A stretch of DNA of 63,340 bases, filler included, from Phoronis australis (GCA_002633005.1; 8 parts of 8 records of this genome joined end to end with filler, not necessarily neighbours in it); one strand, 5' to 3'; shown: positions 33,130 to 47,100, numbered from the whole stretch's first letter. Notes: a model not told the origin generated them from the letters alone. Made by a program: numbers and translations.

Positions 33130-34030
33130 ATTGTGGAAGCCAGGTGTGGGTAGCACTGCCACTGCTTCTGGTATAATAATACATATAACGTAAAGCCACA
33201 GAATGTGTTGCAAAATCTTGTGCTTTGACCCAGTTGATATGGACAGTTCATCCAGCTTTCAAGTGATTAAGTTCATCTTCACACATCTGGACTTGGTAAG
33301 AGCTTTAATGACTGCTTGACTGTCTCGGGATAGTAAGAACTCCTTGTTGTCATTGAGTACCCCCCAAGTTCTCTAGCCAGTTGAGCAGCCTGGTACAGTG
33401 TAGTTGAGTTGGCAACAATTAGAACCTGAAGAACTGTTGCTATTTTGCCCTGTGATATCCAGCTTTTCTAGCCGTCATCCCTAGGGCCAAGCGAAGGAAA
33501 TACATTCCTAATCCGGAGATTCAGTCATTTGTAACTCCACAATCATCTCCAGTTTATTTGGTGAAACTGAGTTTAAGACTAAGAGTTGTCACAGGTCGCT
33601 AGGTATTGCCAAAACTGTTCCAGCTCCGAGAATTAAGTTGCACACATTAACGTGGTTCTTATGTGTTACAGTGTCTGTAACTTGTGGACTCTTCCACTGT
33701 CCATTACTCCTCATGCGCTAAGCTGCAAGTGCTGTTTCACCACTGTGGGAGATGTGCAGGAGTGGCAAATGAATAAGCATTTCTATTGCAGTCGTAGGTG
33801 TTTCTGCAAACGGAAAAGTGACACACAAGCATGCTAAGCGTTGTAATAGTGTTCGTGTTCGTCTGATGGTGCTCCGTTCAAGAGACGTTATTGAGTTAAG
33901 TGCAGCATGAACTGACATCAGTCTGATAACATTGTAAATCCATAACATATTCTTTCACCAAAGCTGGCTTTACCTTGGTGATATTGTCCACCACATGAGG
34001 CGTCCAAGAAAGGTGGTGGACAGTTACACC
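33130..34030 (-). mobile_element. Decayed non-LTR retrotransposon with RNase H (LOA/R1/I-group-like)
   Basis: LSWTPHV, MLWIY, LQRLACLCVT...TPTTAIEMLIHLPLLHI, DSQAVIKAL, HINWVKA. Confidence 0.7.
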
Positions 34031-34052
34031 TGACACGAGTCTCACCATATGT

Positions 34053-34199
34053 CACACTGCTAAACCCTTGAGCCAGGTTTCTAGCTCCTCAGCTCGGTTT
34101 TAACCATATATCAATAAAGCATAAAAATATTTCCAGGTGATCAGTGCAATGGGCCCACATGCGAGGCCTGCGCACGTCTGCTATAACGTGTATCAGACC
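34053..34199 (+). mobile_element. 5'-truncated SINE copy
   Basis: Aligns to 436-581 along its length. Confidence 0.85.
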
Positions 34200-37100
34200 G
34201 CCTGCAATTATTTGTTTCATATACACCTAGACAAGTAACCTTTTCTTGTAACGGGAGTTCAGTGCCACAGAGCTTCAACAGTGTTGTACCTCATTTTCGC
34301 TTCTTGGTGAACTTCGCAGCTTTGTTTTGCTGCTACTGAACTCCACGCCTACTGTCCTAGTCTATGGTATACAGGTGATAAATGCCGTCTGAGTAATTTT
34401 TGTGTTATATGCAATCATGAACACTGGAATCAAGGAAGACGATGTCATCAGCGTAAGCCTGAACAGTCAGGCGTTGGCTAATACCGACAATTAACTATCA
34501 TGAAAGGAAATCCATGACCATATTGGTGAGAGTATGTGATGCAGTGTCACATTTTGGGATCACGCTAGTGACACGAACAATCGTACTCGCTCCTTTGAGT
34601 TTAACTGTGAGTTACAATCTGACAATATGTACATGACATATCTCACAAGGCCTCTGTCACTCTCAACTCGAAGTGCTTTTTAGAAGTAATATCATGTTTG
34701 ATGTAGACGAAGGCAAATACGTGCTAGGCCTACTGAAAGTACCTAGAATAAGCGTTTTTATTAAATACAGCTTGTTCAAACTGTATCGACTGGATAGTTG
34801 ATGAGGAGCAGCTTTTATGCAGGACTGCGTCATCTGTAAGTGAATTGATTCCTCAAGAATCTGCTCATATCTTCTCTTTCAAACTGCTACAGAACCAGTG
34901 CCTCAAGTTCTTCCCACAAGAAAAAAGTTAGAGTTAACTGCCAAAACAGCAATCCTTACCAAGGAATAACAACCCTTGTCTTGGTCCAGGTGTCTAGGGT
35001 GTAGATTAACCTGAGACTGGCCTTGTAAGTATTAGACAGGGTTTGAAAAAACGTGGTTCCCGCACCTGCAACACTTGAGGGAAATTCGTGTCAAGCCTCG
35101 GGCTTTCTTGAGCAAGGTTCATGAGATGACTTGTAACTATTTCGTCGAGAAAGTGCAATGGATTTCCTCCCCCTAGCCAGCATGCTGCTTTCAATTCCAT
35201 GATAAGGTGCCGCACGTCTATCTGGATAACTTGTATGACCCTGTGAGTTTTACTAGGCGAGCCGTCATCTCGTTGGACTGGCTCAATTGTTCTTTTCAGA
35301 GCCTCGACGGGTTCTGCTGCACCAGTGAAACTTGCCGACTGATGGCAGACATTTCTCGATCAATATTTTTCTTTCTGCGAGTGGCAGCGTTAAAGCTTTT
35401 GTTGGCTAACGATAAGAATCCCTGTGCCTGGTTGCATGAAACAGGCTCAAACGAGGACACAACTAATTTCCCTAAATACTTTGTGTATTTGTTTCGTTCT
35501 TTACTCCCAGATGTTATATTATCATTATATTTTTAATATGAGCTCCTCTTTGAATAATTGCATTTTTAATAATATAACGAAAACTGAACACTTATTTCAG
35601 TCAAACTAATTAGGTACTTAGTCCTTACATTAATTACGTTGCATGAATAGATTCATACTTATTTTCAACAATATTGAGAATTCAAAAAGTTCACTCTCGA
35701 TTTGTATTAAAGCCAAAATTGACTTAGTAATGAGACTCATCAACAAGCAATGTTTTCACAAGCCCACAAATACGCAGAAGATTCAGGAAACTTAGTCGAG
35801 TTTCTCTTTAAGACCGTTTCTTGCAACCGGGTACGACTGTACACTACGTGACACTGCCTGCCAACCTCAATGAAGGCTTGTTTAAATCCAAACGTTGACG
35901 ATACTGGGTGTTCGGTCTTNNNNNNNNNNNNNNNNNNNNNNNNNNNNNNNNNNNNNNNNNNNNTTAATTAATTAANNNNNNNNNNNNNNNNNNNNNNNNN
36001 NNNNNNNNNNNNNNNNNNNTGAAATACCATATTTCTTGGAACTGATTTCTTATTGTAATGTAAAATGTCATTTTAGCCAAAATTATTTTATAACATTCGT
36101 CCTAATAAGCGCCCATGCCCCTATAAGCGTCCCCACTCGTTTTCAGACTTCGCTAAAATAAGCGCCCAGTCCATGAATGTGGATATATCAGTGCGAAAAA
36201 TGTCTTACCTCACAGTTCTAAAATTCTACAGTAAATGTATTCAATTTATCAATAATATCCGACAGTTCTGAAAAATCATTGTGCGCAGAATTTCTAGTAG
36301 ACCACGAGCCTCGCCGCTATGTCGGTATTTAGCCGTGGCTGTACACTTCAAACCATTCCGCAGTGCTTCAAAAAGAACGCAAAAGATTTGCTGATCTTGC
36401 GAGGAAAGTGTCACACTATATGGTCTGGCCCTGATCAGAACAGACGCAGCGTACTCAGGTCCGTCAACGGGATTGGTATTGTATCTTTCCCGTACAGATC
36501 TTCTCCCACAACAGGAATCCAAATTGCTTTGTACACGAAAAATTATAAAAACCGCGAATCGAAACTTGGCCAAGAAGCGCGGGCTAGGGCCCACATATAA
36601 CATGTGGGCCTGCTCAATGAGATAAATATACTACATATACAGCTCACTGGGCCTGCTACTCAGGCAAATGAACACTGATGACACGCACGCGCTCGCTCAC
36701 TCGGTGCACACCAGCTGACTCACTTCAATACAAATGTCACAACATATGTGTTCGTCCAGATTTTTCTCGTTGCGGGGTGCGATCTAGCGCAGATTTTGAC
36801 TTAATCTGCAGTTAATGCCGACTCCAAGTCCACAGGAACTTAAGAATCTTAGGAAAGGCTATTTGGGAGGATTTCATGTAATTTGAGTCGAAACTATTTT
36901 TACTCAGGAATTCAAGTTGTCCTATCGACGATCGCGAAGCAGCGACGCATCAGTCGGCAAGTTTTCGCCCTGGGATTTCAGCACATTAATTTTAAAAAGA
37001 TCGTAATTTAACAACAGAGTTTGATAGCAATGCACCACAGTTTTGTAGCTAGTCTGTCATAGGTTACACATAAGTCACAGCGCGTAAATTTGATGAATCC

Positions 37101-37761
37101 TAGCTTCCGATTTCACCCGTTTCGGAGACCAGGCTTTAACTGCCGTAGGCTACAAAAAGAGTCCCCCTGGGCGCATATTAGAGCGGTAGCCGTAATAGAT
37201 GGTGACATCAGTGCACGAAACGATAATTTTTATTTAAATTAGCAGCAAGTTTGTGGTGACTGACGCCAACGGCCGGGTGACCGAACTTCGGGCTTGGCGA
37301 GTAGATTTTCTGGCTCCGGCACTCGCCCAGCTGGCGAGCAGGGTTTTTCAAGACTAAAAGCCTGGGTAGGCTATATCCCTGACTTCCACACTTTTTCAAA
37401 AGAGGGACAACTACTAAGGAATGGCTGAGGAGGGTAAAAGTCTAGTTGCCGTAAGTATTGGTATGTTTTTTGGAGATCGATTCAACATGAGACAACTTGA
37501 TTTTTGGTAATGTTGATAAGTCTTTTGACCACACCAGCTTGCAGGACGATGCCATGTTTGTCAAGGCGCCTCGTTTTCGATCAACACGACAGCAGCGCCC
37601 CGCGTTCGTGAAAGAGGTGAATACAGTAGAGCCCCCCCCCCCTAGATAAGCTGCTTCAAGGGCCTTGCCGAAAACTTTACAGTGTCGACGTTTGCAAAAT
37701 ATCAAAGGTCCACGTATTAGAAATTCGAACCGCACCCCGCGCAATGCTGGCTACGGGCCTG

Positions 37762-37828
37762 GAATTCGTGGATCTGTCAATCTTTCCATGCAAACTGGAC
37801 ATTCTAACATCTTGGATAACTCGTCCAT
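37762..37828 (-). pseudogene. RING-finger (TRIM-like) N-terminal fragment cut by a MITE end
   Basis: MDELSKMLECPVCMERLTDPRI then CAGGCCCGTAGCCAG (37761-37747, identical to 4056-4042). Confidence 0.6.
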
Positions 37829-38690
37829 TTGTTTGCTACAAGCAATTGTGTTCTGGAAGAAGCAAAAAACTTTCAGAGGGAACATCCTTGACACGTAACC
37901 CGTCCGTAAATAAATGTTTACAGGCAGGCTCCACATGGTAGTTATGGGGTCATCATCTCAGAATTGGATGAACATTTACTAAGACATCTTTCGTGATACA
38001 CATTCAAGGATTACCTGCCAAATTTCATTTACCCAATGTGTCAACGGTCTCTGAGACGTGACCCATTAAAATAGTGGGTGCCACCCCCATTTCTTCCTCG
38101 GGAGTTGAAACTGCTTTTTCACATTTTGGAGTCTTTTAACTTCCAAATTAAACATTGAATTGTACTGAAAGGTGTGTATGGATTAACAGGATACCAGCCA
38201 ATCACCAGATTTCACCCTTTCACCCAGCAAATATTCCTTAACTGTGATCGCGAATCCTGACTTTTGACTGACACCAGAATACGCACTTTTCCGCCAGTAA
38301 GTAGACTCCTTGTTACTGTTAAGTTTGAAAAGTAATAAACAATTCATTTTGGTGGTCAGTCTTGGAGTTGTGTGGCACTAAAACGCATTTTCAGTTAAGA
38401 AACTTGTTTTTCAGCCATTTTGGCACGCAAAAAACTGCCTACAATTTTAAATGATATTGAAATCCTTCTTATATATCATGGTATATTACAAAAAATCATG
38501 TTATTTTTAAATTTTTTCATGGTTTTAATTTAAAAATTAATCTTAGTTGAGTGGAGGGTTTTGATGCAATGGTTTCAAGGTCGTTGCATTGATGGTTGTA
38601 ATGATTTTCAGGCCCAATTATTGGATTTAGTCCAAAACAGTGTCATGTCAGAATAGAATTCGCATCTTTCGCTGACAGATGTTCGTTTAT

Positions 38691-38919
38691 CATGCGCGCA
38701 CCCAAGGGGGGGGGCTCGGGGGGCTCAAGCGCCCATTTGGCGAAGTGGGGAGAGACAAAATGTCCGGAAAATGAGACAAAACTCCACTAAACAGGCGCAA
38801 ACGCGCAATTCACAGTGGTGCTCCTGTTTTTTTTTTTAGTCCTCCCGCTTTTTTGTTACCAAAAGGGCCACAACGTCAGGAATTCGAGCCCCCCATATTG
38901 GAGGCTGGGTGCGCGCATG
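38691..38919. mobile_element. MITE, CATG...CATG termini, 5-bp TSD TTTAT
   Basis: CATGCGCGCACCCA...TGGGTGCGCGCATG with TTTAT on both sides. Confidence 0.85.
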
Positions 38920-39645
38920 TTTATGTGAACCAATTAGAAACAAAGTAGTACCAAACATATCAAAATAATTTAAAATTCGAGTATAGGTTTAGTCCCCGGG
39001 TCCAACGTTCGAAGCCTAGACCTTTTGCACCATGACGGCCACGCAGACTCTACTGGTTAAATTCTGTGCTAGGCAAGAGAGATGTGAGTGTCCACTGCGT
39101 GCATTTTCTTAGTAACTCTCAAGGGAGCATTTATTGTTTTAAAGCCGAAAAATGCATATTTGGGATTATTTTTGAATGGAACAAGCTTTTTGAAGTTACT
39201 AGTTTTGACCAGAGTTTCAACAATAAAATCTGTTTAATTTTGCGTTTTCTCACAAATCCCCGTTGTCTGTCAGACATTCACTAATGTCAATAAATCATTT
39301 TTCTCCCCATAATCTTATACTGCCTTCACATGCATGGATTTTTGTTAGGAGTCTTTGCAGATCACCAAGTCGTAACAAATCGCAACTATCAGTAACTTGT
39401 GACAAAACGCAACAACTCGCAATCATATTGATCCGTGAAAGCACAGAGCTCCACCGCTGGAATGCCAATTACGGATAGAGTTAAGTAATCCAAGGACCTA
39501 CGCTAGGACCTCGCTAAAATCTAGCCAAAATCACGTGTTCTCATTTAAAATACATGGCAATGTCTAAGGTAATCTCGTGAAATCTACATTTTAGCGAGGC
39601 ACTACGTTACTGAACTCTACTCCGATCTCGAGGCCGGCTGAGGTT

Positions 39646-39985
39646 GCGTTGCTGTGCGTGAACTTGGAATCCTGCTTAATCTCAAGTTTAAGCGGAAGTG
39701 AGTGTTGCGTGAACTTGGAATTGAATATTCTTTTAGGCAAAAATGTGAAATTTTTGTTCTGTGAAAAGATTTTTTTATAATTATTGGCCTCCTTTTTCCA
39801 TTTTCTCCTTTACCGTAACTTGTGTCGCTGAACTGGAGGAATACGTGAATGCAAATTTTTATGAACATGAACGTGATTATTTGAGTGAGCTTGTCAAGTT
39901 GCCTCGCGTATTCCAAGTTCACGCTGCACTCACTTCCGCTTAATCTTGAGACTAAGCAAGATTCCAAGTTAACGTACAGCAGCGC
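39646..39985. mobile_element. MITE with ~75-bp inverted arms
   Basis: GCTGTGCGTGAACTTGGAATC...GCGGAAGTGAGTG mirrored by CACTCACTTCCGC...GATTCCAAGTTAACGTACAGC. Confidence 0.8.
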
Positions 39986-40642
39986 CGCACATGCGTGATA
40001 AATGTTTACATTCGTTTGTTCCAGTGTGTGTACATGCTATGGAATTTAGTGTCATTAAACTTTTCGCAACTCCGCCGTTTTTCAACTGAATTGTATTAGA
40101 GCCACATCACTAGAAAGCCCTTTGTAAGTTCCTGAAGATTACACCAAAAGCAAAAGATAAAGATAAAGAGTTTAATTCAAAGGTAATTATCACTTCACAT
40201 GGTTGACTGGTTTAAAATAATTTTTAATACTATAAGTCCGGAGTGTTATCAAAATTCAAAATATAACAGCGTGAAAAAGTAATACAAAATAGGAACAGAT
40301 GAAACGGAGAGGTTATATAGATGACTAGCTAAGCCAGTAGGGAAAATATTTTAGTGATTTAAAAGATTTCTACTTTATAAAGACAAAGGCTTTAGAAAAT
40401 GGATCCCTCACACTTGCTATGAATAATTTAGTCAAGAAAAATTAAACGTCTTTCTTTATATATTATAAGTGTTTGGTACTATTACATTCTTCTGTAAAAA
40501 TTCAGAATGCACTGACATTTAAGAAAAATGTTATCTAGCCCATCCGAAAGTTTCAGGTAAAGGTTTTCTGATTTACGATTGTTATGTTACTAAAGAAAAC
40601 GTGGACTCAAGAAAATAACAATATTATTTTGAACATTTGCTG

Positions 40643-41170
40643 CATAGTTGCCACGGTCAACATTCACGGAAAAATGAAACAATTGGATTAAAAAGTGGTA
40701 CTTCAGGATAAAAATCGGAAAAACCTAAGGGCGAAATTTTCGCTGCAACAAAGACGTACCGACAGCGTTTTTTCAAACGGGAGATGTAACACCGAAAAAT
40801 GGCCGACAGCGTTTTTTTGTTATTTTTATTGTTGAATGGGATATTACGGGTGCCGCAAAAGCCTATAAAACTTCTCGTTGTTTTCATTTTAGTCGAAAAA
40901 AATATGGCTTCTTTCAAAGTTATATGTACGAGATTTGGACTGAGAACTATCAGCAGTTCCGTGTTGTCGAATCATCCAAGATTCGGCATAAGATTGTGGG
41001 TCAAACATGGAAAGCGGGGGACCATTGACCTTGCCAAACAGCGAGCTGGAGGTAGTTTCTATAACAGCAAACATGAGCGTTTGTCTGTTACTACCCGACT
41101 CATTTCGCTGATACATCGTTCACACTCAGCTGTAGGCCTACTGCAAGGAAGAGTCTCAATGCATAATGTA
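40643..41170 (-). mobile_element. hAT transposon 3' remnant (C-terminal dimerisation domain, ZNF862/KIAA1586-like)
   Basis: LPCS..TAECERCISEMSRVVTDKR...KVNGPPLSMFDPQSYAESW; candidate terminus CATAGTTGCCA at 40643. Confidence 0.75.
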
Positions 41171-42209
41171 AAAAGTTAATGCAGAGCAACAGCTGTCGCA
41201 TAGCACTTGGTAGGTTGTACACCCAAACCGTCTCCTCCATTTCTACGAGCTCACGTGTTCCTCTGATTGCGGTTGTTGCAAGATTACTTTGAAGTTACAT
41301 CGCAGTCACCTCGTAGCCAGTTTACATACGAGTACAGTTGTACCCAGGAAAACATGCCTGTTATCATCAAAAACTGCACATATGGGTTTGCGCGTCTGGA
41401 CGCCACCGCCTGTCTTTGCAGTCACCATAGTAGCCACTGGCTCAGCAGAGATTTTAGAACCCCTGGGCTTATCCCATTGTTGGGGCACAGCTTTACATGA
41501 TGATCGTGAGGGGGACATCTTTGTGGCCCTCAACCACTCTGTGACGGTCACTATTAATGCGAGAATGTGAGAACATTCACCAGTTATACTGAAACGAGAT
41601 ATTTTATTGTACTATGAAACTACTTTAATGAACAAATATTTTCATGGACAGTGGATCAAAAAAATACACTACCACTAGTATTAGTGGGGGAAAATTACTT
41701 AATTACACGAGAATGTTTCCAGTGTTTTTCAATTATTCTAAGTCATTGGAGGCATGGCGAAGTTAAAACTTTACAATAACTCGCCCAGCTTTGACCATCG
41801 TCAATCTTTGTTTCGTTTTTGTCGACACTTGTGTCAACTCTGTGAGGCTCGTCCGATTTGTGTTGACTTCAGAAACATCGGGCGGTAATATTTACATGTC
41901 GGGTGTCCTCGATGTGAATTTTCACCTTTGGAGAAGGCTCTTGTCTTTTGTGTGTCGTAGCGAGCATCCATAGGAAAAACGATGTTCGCCAAAGTCTGCA
42001 GGCATATCAGTTAGCACACCGGTCTTGCTACACTCTTTCACTGTGCTACGAAAGGTAGCACTGTGGATTGTTGTTTATCATGGTTTCTCATTGGTTAAAA
42101 TAATGAATCAGACGTCATAACATTTAGTCATCCCCATTGGTTGGAATCTGGGAAACCCCTTTCAGTTTCCTGTTACGCAGAATGGCGACCAGCTTTCACT
42201 TGAACATTT

Positions 42210-42392
42210 CATGCGCGCACCCTGCCTTCAATATGAAGGGGCTCGATATCCTGACGTTGTGGACCTTTTGATAACAAAAGAGCGGCGGGCGGACTAAAAA
42301 GAGCACCACTGTGAAGTGCGCGTTTGCGCTTATTTAGTGGACTTTTGTCCCATTTTCTCAGACTTTTTGTCTCTCCCCTGGGTGCGCGCATG
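42210..42392. mobile_element. MITE, inverted copy of the 38691 family, 5-bp TSD
   Basis: CATGCGCGCACCC...GGGTGCGCGCATG; flanks CATTT/TATTT; interior is the reverse complement of 38750-38895. Confidence 0.85.
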
Positions 42393-42949
42393 TATTTAGT
42401 GCAATTTATTAAAACGGGCAGTGATCGAAGTAAACAAAATCAAGAGAACCCCGATACCATCACTAACCCCAAACAAGTGCGGTGCATAGAAGGCGTGTGG
42501 GTGGCGATGTGATCAATAAACTTCCGACCAAGCTTGCCGTATTGATGCCCACACACGGAATTCCGTGTGTCGTTCTTCATGTTTCCACAGCACCACTTTT
42601 CAGTATAGGTGGCGCTGTGTCATAGGGTAGGCCTACGGTCTTGCTTGACCCAAGCCATTTTCTGTCGGACTTCTGCATCACGTGACCTTATACGTTGTGG
42701 TTGGCATAAGAACAATTCAGTAGAATAGAAAAAGAACTACGAGACTTGCGTGCCGAGCTAGGGTGGTTACGCAAAAAAGACGTAACCTGTTTTTCTTGCG
42801 ATGAAATCGGCCGTATAAGCCGTGAATGTAGAGGTTGGTAGCAACAACAACAACAACAGGCTAGACCGGCAGCCAAGAGCACTTAGCATAGATGAACGAG
42901 ATAGCAACGTCTGAACATAGCAGCACTTAGAGTCCACCTAAGTATATAC

Positions 42950-43460
42950 ACAAATGGACGTCTGGTGTTGTCTCCGTATGACTCATGGGGACCTTACAAG
43001 AGGCAAAAAATAAGCTAGATTAGATATTCGAGGTAACGGCCAAAACTGACTTTAAACGGACAATAGTACCGCACTGAAGACCGAATGACCCATGACAGAC
43101 AAATAGCATTCTAGTAAGGGTCTGCCAGAAACCCAATGAAAATGAGGTACCACAAATAATCAAATTCATCTCATTCATTACATGTCACTGGTCACTAAAT
43201 GCCCTATGACAGACAAAATATAACATGAAAATCTCAAGCACGGTATGTCATTGAAAGTTTGAACTACATAAGATATTCGAGATACATGCTACAACTAACT
43301 TAAACCAGCAGTCGTGCCGCAATGAACACCGGTTAACCCACGACAGACAAATTGTCCTCTGGAAAGGGTTCGCCGGAAACTCAAAAGCAACGCCTTAATA
43401 AGAGCTTACTCACGTTTTCGAGGTACCACAATAAACAAACCCACAGTCCATTATTACACA
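42950..43460. repeat. Second locus of the 1-850 degenerate tandem family
   Basis: ATATTCGAG..AC...CCGAATGACCCATGACAGACAAA blocks at ~43024 and ~43273. Confidence 0.75.
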
Positions 43461-45837
43461 TCGAAAGGCATTTTTTCTGTCGCTCTTCAATTGCCTTGCT
43501 ATCATTCCGATGACAATTACAATAACATCCGTGTTAGAGACCCTGATCAATGCATTGCCACTTGAGTTGACTAAGTGAAGGCAAGAAGCGTGTCGGCCCC
43601 TTCATGAAAACCTGGAAGACACGGTGGATGATCAGCTGCCATGGTAACAGTGTAAGAAAGGCCAATGCAGTTGCCGCCATGTGAGACAACGAGTGTTTTC
43701 TCTCCAAAAATTGGTACATATACAGTGGCGGATCTAGGATATCACAAGGAGGGGCCCAACATATTGTCCGGCTGTAAGCATTTGCGCAAACCACGATTGT
43801 AGTAGATGAGCATAGCACCGAATGGGGGGAGGTCGGGAGGGGTGTTTGCCCGCCTCCTGCCCCGGAAATTTTTCTGTTTTTTTCCTCTAAAAATCAAGCA
43901 TTTTCCTTGATTCCTGAAGTATTATCCAAGAAAAAAAGGCAAAAAAAAAAAACACCGAGAACTTGTCAAACAGGAAAAATTGCAAGTACCACAGACATGA
44001 ACTCACGACCTAGCGGATAAAGCACGCGTGCTTTACCACTACATTACCACGATTTAACTACTCTTATACTAAGAGACCTACTTGTTTATGGTCCACAACG
44101 TTTGCGCGCGAAACCTACTTCTTTTTGTAATGTTTATTAGACGTTTTATATTTTGTGCAATCGGTTCTTAACAAATTTGTTGTATTTAAAATAGTCTTCA
44201 AATGCCCAAAAGACCAAATCCGTTTTTCGTGTTGGCAATAATGACGGAATTGCTTTGGAAATCGTCTTAAGTTAAGGTTTGACAAAGAGAGAATTATGAG
44301 TTTCTGAGTGATTCACTAAGGCTTAAAATTCACATCTTACCAGCAGCTTCTGTTTTTTCATCGTCACTCAGGTTTCATTTTCTTTAAAAAATGAAGTAAA
44401 TTTTCTTCATTGCACAGTGGAGCAGACGACGGAAACGGAGTCGTAGTGCGCAGCACCACTGCCGGTCGCCTGGGATATCGCGGGAGAGACTATACTTAGC
44501 CATAGTTCCGTTACGAATGCGCCGTGTTCAGAATTTGACACTTGAAATTGGATCTGAGCCTCCCCCCCCGAACACTAAAACTGCACACATTTAAATCTTG
44601 TTTCATACGTATAATTTTAATTACCGGGGTTTATTAATAAACTCAACATTTCCCTACGCTCTTGCTGTTTTATTTTTTTGCGGCATCCGCCTATGATATA
44701 GGTCTTTCTGCCATTCATGTTGGAGGAACGTTGCCAAACTGTCCTTAAAATGTCCCGTTGTGCATGCCAGGAGTTATTCAACTATTCAACAAGACATTTT
44801 GGGTGTGAAAATTATGTTACAGTATTTTACGGAAAGAAGTTACATTTGGTCTTAAAAAGTTTAGACCTGAAACAAGTGTGTTTAAGTACATGAAACTTTC
44901 TAATTTTGAACTGTTTTCCTATAACTACTGATATCTGTAGAACATAACTTCACCTGTGAAATTTGAAAAATTGAAAAGTTTACCTTGTAAAAGAACCCAA
45001 CCCAGCACTTCGTGTTGCTGACAGCGTACAGTGTATTTGCCAATTGCCCCACTCATTGCGGACTGTTCCATTNNNNNNNNNNNNNNNNNNNNNNNNNNNN
45101 NNNNNNNNNNNNNNNNTTAATTAATTAANNNNNNNNNNNNNNNNNNNNNNNNNNNNNNNNNNNNNNNNNNNNTTAAATGTACAGACAATTAAAACGTTGG
45201 TTTTCACATGCGTGTTACGTAGGCCTACAGCCCCACTGATTATACCAGGCAAAACTATTCATAATGTAAACTGTTGTGGGCATGAAAATCTGCAGTCCAC
45301 TTTGTGCTTCAACACGTGTTAACTGTAGGCTACAAGTCAAAATCAAGATGGCTTGGCATCACTCAGTTAACACTATTTGTTGTGATTGATTCACTTACTC
45401 GGCCTACGACGGGGATGCGTCCCGTAGACTTCTGATCCAAAATAGTATGAACCCTAGAGTAGACTGGAAGAAGCAAGATAGCGCAAGAACACGCAGAATC
45501 CTCTGTAAGAATGTTCGGGACCTCAATAACATACCCTGGCAATAAGACCGCTATTGAAGCGATGGGTCTGTGAGGTTGGAATGCTGAAGCATTAAATAAC
45601 ATTTATTGTTACCGTTCCATAAGTGAAGATTTCTCGACGCAAGTGAATCGCAAGTGTTTTGCGTCACCTGAAAGGACCCGAGGTCTACCGATTACTGATA
45701 GGTTTGCAAGACGAAAGTCATCCTTAGGAAGCAATCCAATCTTACTGTGTGTGACCAGATATACTTCACCGGGAGAGTGAGCGAATTGTAGCCATTGAGT
45801 AGGAATTTAACTTGACGAGGATTAAAATACAACTTAC

Positions 45838-45894
45838 TTCTTTTTGTGCAGGGTTCATATGTTGGTTCATATGGTGGTAATTCCTTTGGCCGTC
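45838..45894 (-). CDS. Candidate 57-nt phase 1-1 exon downstream of the sushi exon
   Basis: TTCTACAG|(G)RPKELPPYEPTYEPCTKR|GTAAGT; in frame with the sushi exon. Confidence 0.45.
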
Positions 45895-47100
45895 CTGTAG
45901 AACGAAGGGTGAATGAGTAGAACTACAAAACTGGCAAGTAGAATGCTTGCGTAAAATTTGTCTTAGGCCCAGAGGTTGAATCCGGAAGACCAAAGGAAAA
46001 TTATATTGTGAATAGAACTGGAAAACAGGATCAAATAAAGGTTATGTTGGACCTTATGAACAAGTCACTGCATTTAGCCAAATATCTACAAAACTGCAGG
46101 ACTGAGTGAAAATAGATAATTATTTTCTGTATGTACAAAGTGTGTACAATAGGATATTTTACTTTAAACCAACCCATTTCCGCCAGTATTTTGGGTAGGG
46201 TGACCATGTCTAAAGAAAAATTCAGCACAAGAAGATAAAAGCATAACAAAACAAGAAACATTTAAAAGTGTTACATTTTTAAAAATATCAAATTGTTTTG
46301 CTTTTATGTAACGTTTGAGTTTTTGATTACACCTTTCGCAAAAGTCGAAATAGGAGAAAAGTCCTAGAAGCGTGCTGGAGATTACTAAATGAAGCGTAAT
46401 ACATGGAAATTTCGGGGGGAATTGGACCAGCCATTTCTGAGATAAAATGTTAAAAGTTTAGTCACATTCCAACCGTCTTACATAACCTTAAATTGCATGT
46501 ACCTCTTCACAAAATACACTTGTCCATTATCAGTAACGCTGCTTGATTAGAACACGGTAACAAGGGCAATATAAATTGGTGTCATCGGAATAGGGTTTTC
46601 GCCTCGAAAACGGAGCTTGACCAGTTACGGAGGCACCTCGCAACGATAAATAATTGCGGAACTAAGGTTCCCAAGCTTCAGTCACCCCAGATCACTGCCA
46701 TATTTGGAAATTCTTGTCACTCTGGTCGTCATCGCTGATCGACCCCACGTCGGCCATTCTGGCTACTTCGATCCACAGCCTATCGAAGTCACAAAATCTC
46801 CAAGACCATACATGTACATGTGGGGTGATGTCGTGGCGAGGTAAGGCCCATGTTTTCAACAAGAGACGTAAATTGTAGTTTAGTAAATCTACTGGACAAC
46901 CTGACACCGGACGCTCATCCGGTACTGGAGTTCCGATGTTTCATTCGGTTCACGGTAGACCCGCCCTTTATGTCGATGTACACGCGCAAGGATATTGCAA
47001 ATATAACGGACGAGAACATAATGCAGATAGATGCATCTTGCGTCCTGGCAAGTCAAAATAAACGAAACAAAACAAAACAAAACAAAACAAAGACACTTAC

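Noticed and set aside
37442-37556. MASSCKLVWSKDLSTLPKI, reminiscent of ISL2EU/Harbinger-associated proteins
   Set aside because: One short motif with no continuation; not enough to call.
40150-40640. Possible LINE 3' tail
   Set aside because: The AT-rich sequence is suggestive but I could not recover diagnostic motifs.
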